This document shows positions 49,878 through 58,175 of a stretch of 58,175 bases of DNA, piece by piece. A program made the position numbers and the translations under genes. Source of the stretch: Obrimoposthia wandeli (Eukaryota); contig CDROCS010004111.1 in the NCBI GenBank assembly GCA_977020255.1, positions 186,001-244,175 of the forward strand. The letters are read 5' to 3'. Positions within the stretch are counted from its first letter, which is position 1, and the number at the start of each line of letters is the position of its first letter. Under the pieces are notes generated by a model. It was not told where the DNA came from and made no database searches. It was given only the letters and a program-made list of their open reading frames with translations.

Positions 49878-50108
49878 ATGAAAATTTCACTTCGATTAAT
49901 TTCCGGACAGATAATACATGAAAAACTTAACGTGTATCAAACAATGAAAACGATTCGGAAAAAGTTAGCCGAGAAACTTGAAATTGATGGAATGAATATG
50001 TTGTTCCATTATAAAGGCAGATCACTAGATGATGAGGACGTACCAGTCGAGTTTGGATATCCGATAGGAAATGAATTAGAGGAAAAAATTGATGTCATCA
50101 CTGTAGGA
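49878..50108 (+). other. Ubiquitin/SUMO-like domain
   Basis: MKISLRLISGQIIHEKLNVYQTMKTIRKKLAEKLEIDGMNMLFHYKGRSLDDEDVPVEFGY aligns without gaps to ubiquitin [61 protein letters not shown]. Confidence 0.7.
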
Positions 50109-52841
50109 CGTCAAGAGTTAGTAGATAATGAAGGATTAACCGAGATATTGAATTCTGCGTTAGAAATGATAAAAACGCCTATAGAAATTTTAGACAGTTC
50201 AAGCGAAAGCGGAGATAATGATGTAGCTGAAGTTTGGAACAAGACATCCACACCAGAACCGTACGTAGCTGAATTACAAGACATGAATTTAGAAAATGAG
50301 TTGACAACTCCAGTGGTTGAGGTGCCACCAGAACCAGATATAATTCCAATCAGACAAGATGAAGTCACGGATACAGCCAACCAAGTGAGACAAAACGAAA
50401 CCGTAACACAACTAGTAGGAGAAGACGAAGTCTCCGAGATTGTAGATTTGGATTCACCAATTTGGCATGCCGCATACAAAGATAGACAAGCAGAGCAAAT
50501 GATGCGACAAAATGAAGAGATTGGCCATGAAGAAGGACCAAGTCAAGAGATACAGTATAATGGTGAAACGTATGATCCAGGAGAGAATCAAACTGAGTAT
50601 CAGTATTTTCGAAGAGGGCCTGGAAGACCTAGAAAAGGTGAAAGTATATTACGAAATGTTCTAACTGCACCACAAACTGATGAAGAAAGACATCTAAGTA
50701 TTGGACAGTTAGCGGCGTCATTAGAGCAGTATAGTGCAGAGAGGAATGAAGATATCAGAGGTGATATGAATTCGGAAACTCCAAGTAGTAAAGATATACT
50801 TACGGGAATTCTCAGGCAAGTGAAGCCGAAGTTGTTCAAAATGTACAGAACGGGAATTCTCAGGCAAGTGAAGCCGAAGTTGTTCAAAATGTACAGAGAT
50901 GAAACAACCGATATAACAGACAATTTGACTAAAGCAGTCAGATCACAGATGTCTGCAGTAAAGAGAATGACCGCGAATCATGTATACCATGCATCGATAG
51001 ATAGATTTTATGACGGTGAAGTTTTAGCGAGATTATGTGGAAACCAGACTACAAATAAAAAGTTAATTACAGCGATCACATATCTATGTTTCCAATTGAC
51101 GGAACGAACGAGCCAACCTCACGAAGTCAAACAAGGAATAAATGAAGCGATGTATTTGATCGAGAATGTATTACAGAGACGAATTGACGAAAATGGAGGT
51201 TGGGCAAAATTAAGTGACTACGCTAAAACCATTGTGGAAATTAATGAAGACGATGACGAACAATGTCATGAGAATCGTCAAAAGGAAAATAAACAATACC
51301 GTCCGAAAGAGAGAAACAATCAACCAAATATGTCCACAACAATGATGATGATGATGTTAGTAATGTTTATGGGAATGCAACAGGCATCAGGATTGATAGC
51401 ATATGACTGTAGCATACCAAAGATGGGACAAAAGTATTCACTGCTTGACAGCGAAGACTGTCCAGAATCACAACCGTCAAAACTAGAAGTTCAAGGTGTT
51501 GAAAACTACTTTGTGTATCAGGATGTTGATAAAGTACAAGTAGAAGTGAAAGAATGTTCAATCCATTCAAGTTATCACGAATTCTATTGTGGTCATAGAA
51601 GTTTTATGTCAGAAATCACACCTACCACACCGTACAAGGCACATAAGGTTTTGCCGAGAGATTGCGAAGATGCATTTCGAACGGGAACGATAGGAGGTAG
51701 ACAAAATTACAAACCTGAAGTACAAATTGGAGTGAGACGATACGAAACAGTCACGAGAGTCGGACAGCGATGGGCTGATGGATCTTGTGACGGAGAAACA
51801 AAAAACGTGCGTGGAACCAAAGTATCTGAGTTAGTAATGGATGTAACTTACAAAATCGAATTAAAAACATGGACCGCCAATTTTGATAAAAAGACACAAC
51901 TAATGATGAAGTATCCAGAATGTAAAATGACAGATGCATCTTGTTTTACAGGTGAATCCACAATTGTGTACAACATAAATCCGAAGCAATGCTCTTTAGT
52001 ATTTTTGAAAGAGATTAGCTTTAATAAAATAAAAGGATTCCTGTATAATAAAGATGGAGAGGGGTTCCTGTATAATAAAGCAGGAAAAGGATTGTTAAAT
52101 GAAACAAGACCAATCCCAATGACAAAAACACCTACACTGTTAATGGCAACATCAATAGAAGAAGGATTGATATTTATTAAAAAGAGAAACAAAGCGCGAT
52201 GCGGAATGACTGTTAGTACCACAAACTATCCAGGAATAGTTTTGTCCAAAACAATAGCATTGGCAGAAACCAAGCTAAAACCAAAAGATATGCAGCTACA
52301 CACGTATTTTAATAATAAAATTGATTTCTATTATCATAAAGGATTGATGCAAATGGAACAGTTATATCGGATGATGATTGAAAGAGATTGCCAGTTAAAC
52401 AAAGAGATCGTGAGAACAAAGTTAGCATTAGCTATTACGAATCCAGACATGGTAGCACCATTATTACCCTTGGATGAAGGAGTATTTGCTAAAACCATGG
52501 GAGAAGTATTGTATACTTACAAGTGTAATAAAGTAGAGGTACAGTTGAGAAAAACAAATCGATGTACGAGTGAATTGGCAGTAACGTATAATTTACAAGA
52601 ACTTTTTGTTGAACCAATCACGAGAATGTTACTTCCAAAAGACACCCCAACTAAAGAAATCAGCTGCTCTAATATAATGGCACCTGAATATCAAATGACG
52701 AATAATCTATGGATAACGTTACCTGATCGAAAGCCAACGAAAACCCCAGCGATGATAAGAATGACGAATCTTAAAGGTAAAATGAAATTCCAAGCGGTGG
52801 AAAATATGGAGAACGCAGGATTGTACAATGAAAAGATTTAA
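49878..52841 (+). CDS. Intact 987-aa ORF: ubiquitin-like domain - AT-hook - Bcl-2-like domain - signal peptide - chuvirus-type glycoprotein ectodomain
   Basis: The first in-frame ATG is at 49878 (the frame is open from 49722). No stop until 52839-52841. Confidence 0.85.
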   Translation: MKISLRLISGQIIHEKLNVYQTMKTIRKKLAEKLEIDGMNMLFHYKGRSLDDEDVPVEFGYPIGNELEEKIDVITVGRQELVDNEGLTEILNSALEMIKTPIEILDSSSESGDNDVAEVWNKTSTPEPYVAELQDMNLENELTTPVVEVPPEPDIIPIRQDEVTDTANQVRQNETVTQLVGEDEVSEIVDLDSPIWHAAYKDRQAEQMMRQNEEIGHEEGPSQEIQYNGETYDPGENQTEYQYFRRGPGRPRKGESILRNVLTAPQTDEERHLSIGQLAASLEQYSAERNEDIRGDMNSETPSSKDILTGILRQVKPKLFKMYRTGILRQVKPKLFKMYRDETTDITDNLTKAVRSQMSAVKRMTANHVYHASIDRFYDGEVLARLCGNQTTNKKLITAITYLCFQLTERTSQPHEVKQGINEAMYLIENVLQRRIDENGGWAKLSDYAKTIVEINEDDDEQCHENRQKENKQYRPKERNNQPNMSTTMMMMMLVMFMGMQQASGLIAYDCSIPKMGQKYSLLDSEDCPESQPSKLEVQGVENYFVYQDVDKVQVEVKECSIHSSYHEFYCGHRSFMSEITPTTPYKAHKVLPRDCEDAFRTGTIGGRQNYKPEVQIGVRRYETVTRVGQRWADGSCDGETKNVRGTKVSELVMDVTYKIELKTWTANFDKKTQLMMKYPECKMTDASCFTGESTIVYNINPKQCSLVFLKEISFNKIKGFLYNKDGEGFLYNKAGKGLLNETRPIPMTKTPTLLMATSIEEGLIFIKKRNKARCGMTVSTTNYPGIVLSKTIALAETKLKPKDMQLHTYFNNKIDFYYHKGLMQMEQLYRMMIERDCQLNKEIVRTKLALAITNPDMVAPLLPLDEGVFAKTMGEVLYTYKCNKVEVQLRKTNRCTSELAVTYNLQELFVEPITRMLLPKDTPTKEISCSNIMAPEYQMTNNLWITLPDRKPTKTPAMIRMTNLKGKMKFQAVENMENAGLYNEKI
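50610..50639 (+). other. AT-hook motif
   Basis: RRGPGRPRKG (GRP core flanked by basic residues). Confidence 0.7.
50790..51230 (+). other. Bcl-2-like helical domain
   Basis: BH2-like LQRRIDENGGWAKLSDY (NGGW at 51192-51203; cf. Bcl-xL WIQENGGWDTFVELY, Bax WIQDQGGWDGLLSYF). BH1-position helix NKKLITAITYLCFQL at ~51054-51098. Confidence 0.6.
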
Positions 52842-53238
52842 AGCGGCGTGGAACGAAATAATGTTTCCAGTAAGAAGAGCCAGAGTACTTACGGAGATGG
52901 TACATCGAGCATTACCGCCAGGAGCGAGATATGCAATTTCGATATGTTATTATCGCCAAGTCATTTCAAGGAAGCAGCATCAGACACTTAGAAAGATGTG
53001 GAAATTCCTTGTCTTAGGACAACTATTTTCGGGTATCATAGGTATTTATGTTATAATTAAATTTGTGCAGGTAATTATAGCCCAGGTGTTGTCTACGTAT
53101 AGTTTATACAGGATAACCGGAATCACCTGGCAACTTATAATTGGATGTTTTCCATTTTTAGCAAAATATCTAATGCACCATCATCACGAGAACGAGTTGC
53201 GAGCCCTCAAGAAGAACAACACCAAACGAGAACCATGA
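51330..53238 (+). other. env: Chuvirus-type envelope glycoprotein; TM tail frameshifted after ~52835
   Basis: Signal peptide MSTTMMMMMLVMFMGMQQASG, then LIAYDC...SLLDSEDC, YCGHRS, LHTYFNNK, QLY...DC.L, NPD, GEVLYTYKC..V.V..R.T..C..EL.V and F.EP.TR. The hydrophobic WKFLVLGQLFSGIIGIYVIIKF segment is in the 52828-53238 frame. Confidence 0.8.
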
Positions 53239-53537
53239 TGAGAGAACCAAGAAACTATCGAGACGACAACGACGACGATAATGATAGTCCAGAAGTATAT
53301 GCAAAGATACCAGGAAAACCAAAGATTCCGTTACCAGACAAGGAAGAAGTGGCGTTAAACCTATACCCAATGAAGGAATTGAAGGAAGAAAAGGAAAAGT
53401 TCAAGAGAGGCATCTTAATGATAAGATGGCCTAAAGTGAGCTACAGTGAAATTCCACAAGCAGAGGAAAAAGACAAAAAAGATAATTCCAGAAGAATTCT
53501 GAAATCTAGGATATCAAATGAGAATCCAAATGCTCCA

Positions 53538-53822
53538 CCACAAGTAGCAGTAACATTGAACGGAAGAGAATATCTTGCCGAAGTTGATACCGGATCTGCA
53601 GTATCAGTACTGAGTAAAGAAATCTTGTCATCAAAGAATTAAGAGAAGTATGTCCTAGAAAACAGACATTTGTTAACGTGAATGGTACAGATGTAGTGTC
53701 GGAAGGAACACTGAAATGTTCATTGAATATCGATGGAAGAGTATTACAGTTAAATGCTAGAATATTCACAGATTGCGGTAGTCCAGTCATGATTGGGATG
53801 GACGTAATACAGTGTTTGAAGG
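53538..53822 (+). pseudogene. pro: Retroviral-type aspartic protease, copy 1 (frameshift ~53640)
   Basis: VTLNGREYLAEVDTGSAVSVL (DTG at 53586-53594); after the shift ...VNVNGTDVVSEG...SPVMIGMDVI. Confidence 0.85.
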
Positions 53823-54066
53823 AATAATTATACTACCAAACAACAAGAGTTATAAGAATGATAGTTCAGTGAGAGAGATAAAAATGTTGAGAGGACCTAT
53901 AGTCGAAAAGGAAAAAGGCACTACGTTCCGTATGGGAAGTTCGTACCCAGACAGAAAACAGGAAGCGCTAGCAAAGTCGATACTTCACTACAAAAATGTA
54001 AATTTCGGACCACAAGATACGACGAGGAGAAAAATAACATATGTAAATCTGTCAGAAAGGGATCCC

Positions 54067-55099
54067 ATGAGATTCGAGAGAAAGAGGCGAAATATATTAG
54101 AACAGTACTATTCAAAAGGAATGGCACGTAAAATGGCAAGATCAGGTTTAGAAATGCTAAACGCGACAAAGTAGTTATGGTCAGGAGATAGTAGTACGAT
54201 GCGTATGTGGTGTAGAGTAAAGTTTAGAGAATGGGAACAGAATGAAAACCCAATGAGACGTCATAAAAGAGATGCACCAAATTGTCCATTTCTTTTGAAA
54301 CTGAAAAACGTCAAACGTACCAGAAGTCAAACAGGAAAAGCACCCGATTTCGATTACAGTGACGGGGGTAATTCCGAAAGGAGAATCAGCTCTAATAACA
54401 GGTAGAGTAATAACGAATAGTCAGAATTGAAGATATATTCGAAGTTATGCGAAGTGAAACGAATGTGACGAACAGTATCGAGAAGTAACTTTCGAAGATC
54501 CAAGACTTAAAAAATTGGCAAAAAGGGACTTTTGCTATAAAAAGGATGGTAAAGACGTAATTAAATGCCACAAGTGTAAAAAAGAACGAATTATCGACAG
54601 ATATACTCTTGAGCTACCTAAGAAAATTTTACATCATGAATTTTGCGAATTTTGTACTTGTAAAAACAAAATAAAGCAAAAAAGAACAGAAAACCGAATG
54701 TATAATCGAATACCAAATCACACGGAAAGAGATTTTGGCTCAACAAGACACACCGGTAGTGTCATTCGTGAAAGGTTATATCCAAAAGAAGCAGAAAGAA
54801 TCAGAGAATTGGTAGAATTAAAAATAAAAACTACGCGAAACGGATACGGATCGATTTTGAATTACTGCGAGATAAAGATGACAGTACAATTGAAACAAAA
54901 GAAAAGTACATAAATGAACTAGAATACGTACTAGAAGATCCGGAATGCGCAGTTTGCATGGTTAACAAAATAGAAGTTGCCTTTCTACCATGCGGACATG
55001 TAAGAACATGTCGGAGATGTGCGAATGAAATGGTATCATGTCCGATTTGTCGAAAGAATAATAGATCGACAAGTGAGAAACATTAGATTTCACTATCCA
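54067..55099 (+). pseudogene. iap: IAP module BIR1 - BIR2(degenerate) - UBA-like - RING embedded in the pol polyprotein
   Basis: BIR1 (54067-54294) gives C-V-W-C-x16-H-x6-CPFL after repairing a frameshift at ~54205. BIR2-like LAKRDFCY...DVIKCHKC at ~54515-54650. UBA-like LVELKIKTTRNGYGSI. Complete IAP-type RING CAVCMVNKIEVAFLPCGHVRTCRRCANEMVSCPICR (54946-55053), missed by the ORF track. Confidence 0.92.
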
Positions 55100-55180
55100 A
55101 ACACAGGAAGTGGACTGACAGAGTGTAATAATTCGATAAATACAATATACCATATGGGAAACATAAATGGAGCACAGCGA

Positions 55181-55473
55181 CCAGCAGCTATCATTAGAGT
55201 AAATAATTTAAGAGTAAAAAAGCCTTAATTGATACAGGTGCTGTAGCTTCGATAGTAAGTGAAGACTGTTTGACAGAGGAACAGAAACGAACAATGGCAG
55301 AACCAGATGAATTCTTGGTATCGGTCAATGGAGACCCTGTAAAAGTGACAGGAATATTACCATGTACATTTATAATTGGACGTAATACGATCACTATACC
55401 AGTTAGAATCATGAAAGAATGTCCTGAACCTACAATTTTAGGAATGGATGTATTATCACAACTCAAGGGATAA
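55181..55473 (+). pseudogene. pro: Retroviral-type aspartic protease, copy 2 (frameshift ~55220)
   Basis: PAAIIRVNNLRV.ALIDTGAVASIV (DTG at 55231-55239)...VSVNGDPVKVTG...PTILGMDVL. Confidence 0.9.
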
Positions 55474-55959
55474 GTATTGATTTACAAGATCAAGATTGAA
55501 GGATAGCACATCAAACAGACAAATAAACCAAATTGATGTAATTATAGAGAATCCTATAAAAATCGGTAAAAGATCACAATTTCTCATTCAAGGCCACACG
55601 TTATCAGAAGATAAAGGACCAGTTGTGTTCGAACCATCACGAGATTTCATAGAGAAATACGAATTACCAGTTTGTGAGTACATATGCCTGATCGAAAATC
55701 ATAAAATACCAGTTAGACTGATGAATACAACCAACAATGACATTCTATTATACAGAGGAATGAGGTTGGGAAAGATAGCACAGATGGAGAATTCCACTGT
55801 ATGCGCTATGAAACTCGATAAAGATACGAATGATTACGAAGAAATAGTAATCCAACCAGAAAAAAACAATTACTCGATCTAATACATAAATTTCCAAAAG
55901 TAATTGCAAAATCCATATGACATAGGAGAAACACTGTCATAAAACATACAATACCACTG

Positions 55960-56830
55960 ACAGAAGACAAAGTAGTCAGAAGAAGACCATATCAGTACCA
56001 TTACAATTACAAGATGAAGTAAAAAGTCAGATAGAAGATATGTCTAAAACAGGAGTAATTAGACCGAGTTTTCGCCATTTTCAGCACCTGTGGTGTTGGT
56101 AAAAAAGAAGGATGGGAAAATGAGATTCTGTATAGATTTCCAGAGAACTAGACAGATCACAAGAAAAGATGTGTATCCATTACCTAGAATCGAAGAGATG
56201 CTCGATAAATTGGGTAATTCAGATTATTTACAACATTAGATTTGCAGAGTGGATACTGGCAAATCGAGATAGAAGGAAGAGGATAAACACAAGACAGCCT
56301 TTTCCTTCGGAGATGGATTATACGACTGCGAAAAGATGCCATTCGGACTGACAGGAGCTCCAGCAACATTTCAGCGTTGCATGAATTTTGTACTCGCATC
56401 GTGTGCAAACACGATGGTTTATATCGATGACATAATAATATTTTCGAAAACGTTCGAAGAACATTTAAAAATCTCGAAGTTGTATTTAAAAAGGCTGGAA
56501 AAACGCTAAATTAAAGTTAAACCTACAAAATGCGTATGGGCTAAAGAGCGAGTAACATTTTTAGGACATATAGTATCGAAGAGGCATTCGACCTGATCCA
56601 GCAAAGATCGAAAGTAAAAGCGCATTTAGCACCAAAGACTGTTAAGGAGATACAGAGTTTTTTAGGTCTTGCAGAATTATATAGACGATTTGTTGAACAT
56701 TTTTCAGATATAGCAACACCATTGAGAAAGTTGACGAGAAAAGATGAGAAGTTCATATGGGGAGAAGAAGCCCAACAAGCGTTCGAGCATTTAAAAGAAA
56801 GACTGATAAAAGCACCAATATTGAACCCAG
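55960..56830 (+). pseudogene. pol: Reverse transcriptase, frameshifted
   Basis: SPFSAPVVLVKKKDGKMRFCIDF, YPLPRIEE, LDLQSGYWQI, MPFGLTGAPATFQR, YIDD (56420-56431), FLGHIV, FLGLAELYRRFV. Confidence 0.95.
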
Positions 56831-56844
56831 ATATAAACAACAAT

Positions 56845-57200
56845 TCATACTCATGACAGATGCAAGTAACTATGTGAACAGTATTGGGACAAGAGGATGA
56901 CGAAGAAGAACACATTGCGTATGCGAGTAGAGGATTAAACAGGCCGAAAGAGGATACTCTGTTATCGAAAAGGAATGTCTGGCAAGATGTATTATGTGAA
57001 CAGTACAAACACTATTTGCTAGGACAAAAAGTATTCCTGTATACAGATCACAAACCACTACGAGTTCTTGTATAAACATAGAGATGAGATGAGTAGATTA
57101 AACAGATGGTTTCTAAAATTGGCCGAATTCGATCTAGAAATCCGTTATAGAAGAACCGGAAAGTCGAACGGCAACGCAGATTGTTTATCGAGATTGACAA
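56845..57200 (+). pseudogene. RNase H (Ty3-type), frameshifted
   Basis: MTDAS, IAYASRGL, YLLGQKVFLYTDHKPL, RW...LAEFD..I.Y...GKSNGNADCLSR. Confidence 0.92.
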
Positions 57201-57489
57201 ATGTAGACGAGAAAGGAAACATAATTCCAGAAGAAGATGAAACCAATGACCAAAAAAGGAGAAGCAAATCTACTGACGATTTTGTTAAAGACGGGTAAAA
57301 TAGACAAAGAGATCATCAAAGAACAGAAGAAGATGAAGAACTGAGTCTAATCAAAAAATTGTTGGTGAAAAGGAGATCTAAACGATGAAATGACGAAGAA
57401 ATCTCGATAAAAGAGGCATCTGTATATTGTCAATAATGTCGAGAAGATAGTAGTAGTAATTCCAGTCATTGAAAACAGCAGTGATGATC

Positions 57490-58175
57490 CAGTATCACGA
57501 CGGAACACTAGGAGGACATCGTCAGGGCGAAAGACAATAGCCAGAATCAAAGAGAAGTACCGTGGGATGGTATGGAAGACGACATAAAACAATGGTGTAA
57601 ACAATGTAAAGTATGTTTAACCAGAAAAGACACCGGAACTCGTACTAAAGTTCCGTTGAAACCAATACCAGTTCCTTTGGCACCAATGGAATTCACAGCG
57701 ATGGATATATTGGGACCATTAGAGAATCAAGTAAAGAGCAAGTATGTCGCGTAGTATTTACGGATTACATGACGAGATGGGTAGAAGCATATCCCATGCA
57801 GAACCAAGCTGAAACAATAGCGCAAATCTTAGTGGAAGATAATATTTCGATGCAGGTGCCTAGAAAATTGTTAACGGATCAAGGTAAGAACTTCACTGGA
57901 GAAGTCATAAAAGCAGTATCGAAGATATTCGGAATCATGAAGTTACAAACTTCACCATATCACCCACAGACAGATGGTCTGGTGGAAAGGTTTAATAAAA
58001 CTTTATGTATGATGGTACAATCCTATTGCTCATACAAGCAAGAGGATTGGGATAAATGACCTTCATGTTTATATGCTTACAGGAATTCAGTTCGAGAGGC
58101 GACAGGTCACACACCATTCTATCTGATGTATCTCGGGCAGAACAATATGCCGATGGACAGCAATGCCGTGGCTTA
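57490..58175 (+). pseudogene. int: Integrase (HHCC + rve core), truncated by the window end
   Basis: HDGTLGGH...CKQC; MDILGPL; DYMTRWVEAYP; LTDQGKNF; SPYHPQTDGLVERFNKTL. Confidence 0.95.

Larger units (their letters stand above)
44569..58175 (+). mobile_element. Giant Ty3/Gypsy LTR retrotransposon with cargo (UBL, AT-hook, Bcl-2-like, glycoprotein, IAP, duplicated protease); continues past the window end
   Basis: LTR-PBS-gag(CCHC)-...-PR-RT(YIDD)-RNaseH-INT order; RT before INT is the Gypsy arrangement. Purine-rich + strand throughout. Confidence 0.95.

Noticed and set aside
55496-55882. Possible dUTPase after protease 2
   Set aside because: The five dUTPase motifs are not recognisable; the segment looks like the ordinary PR-RT linker (IPVRLMN...LYRGMRLG) of many Gypsy elements.
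47703-57604. Numerous minus-strand ORFs within the retroelement (e.g. 50111-50479, 50600-50923, 51848-52222, 56541-57008)
   Set aside because: Antisense shadow ORFs of plus-strand coding sequence; S/L/F/I-rich, with no motifs.
44569-58175. Calling the element a vertebrate-type endogenous retrovirus
   Set aside because: RT, RNase H and integrase motifs are Ty3/Gypsy-like, and the envelope is upstream of pol and not a retroviral SU/TM type.
52800-58175. Programmed ribosomal frameshifts explaining the broken frames
   Set aside because: There are too many breaks, they fall inside catalytic domains, and they include in-frame stops; decay or sequencing error is more parsimonious.

Overview
AT-rich invertebrate genomic DNA; the host cannot be identified from sequence alone. 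(1) Five spliced minus-strand exons (23539 to 2894) encode the last cadherin repeat, TM helix and cytoplasmic tail of a delta-protocadherin-like protein (DSGKGDS motif). The upstream exons were not found in the window. (2) Its introns and upstream region hold many decayed DNA transposons and MITEs (mariner, Tc1-like, pogo/Tigger, hAT, Chapaev3-like), a 221-bp near-perfect hairpin, and a Polinton/Maverick remnant (~5.2-10.9 kb). The remnant carries packaging ATPase, chromodomain integrase and PolB fragments, plus a TBP-like gene and a BIR-UBA-RING IAP gene. (3) The main finding is a giant Ty3/Gypsy LTR retrotransposon from ~44.6 kb past the window end. It has a ~1.9-kb repeat-rich LTR, a tRNA-Met-like PBS and gag with a zinc knuckle. 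Between gag and RT lies a cargo block: ubiquitin-like domain, AT-hook, Bcl-2-like domain, chuvirus-type glycoprotein, aspartic protease 1, BIR-BIR-UBA-RING IAP and aspartic protease 2, followed by RT, RNase H and integrase. This looks like an env-bearing retroelement with two independent anti-apoptotic modules. The UBL/Bcl-2/glycoprotein ORF is open for ~3 kb while gag and pol are repeatedly frameshifted. The retroelement IAP shares unusual RING-flanking residues with the Polinton IAP 47 kb away. All domain calls come from manual motif recognition; no searches were run.
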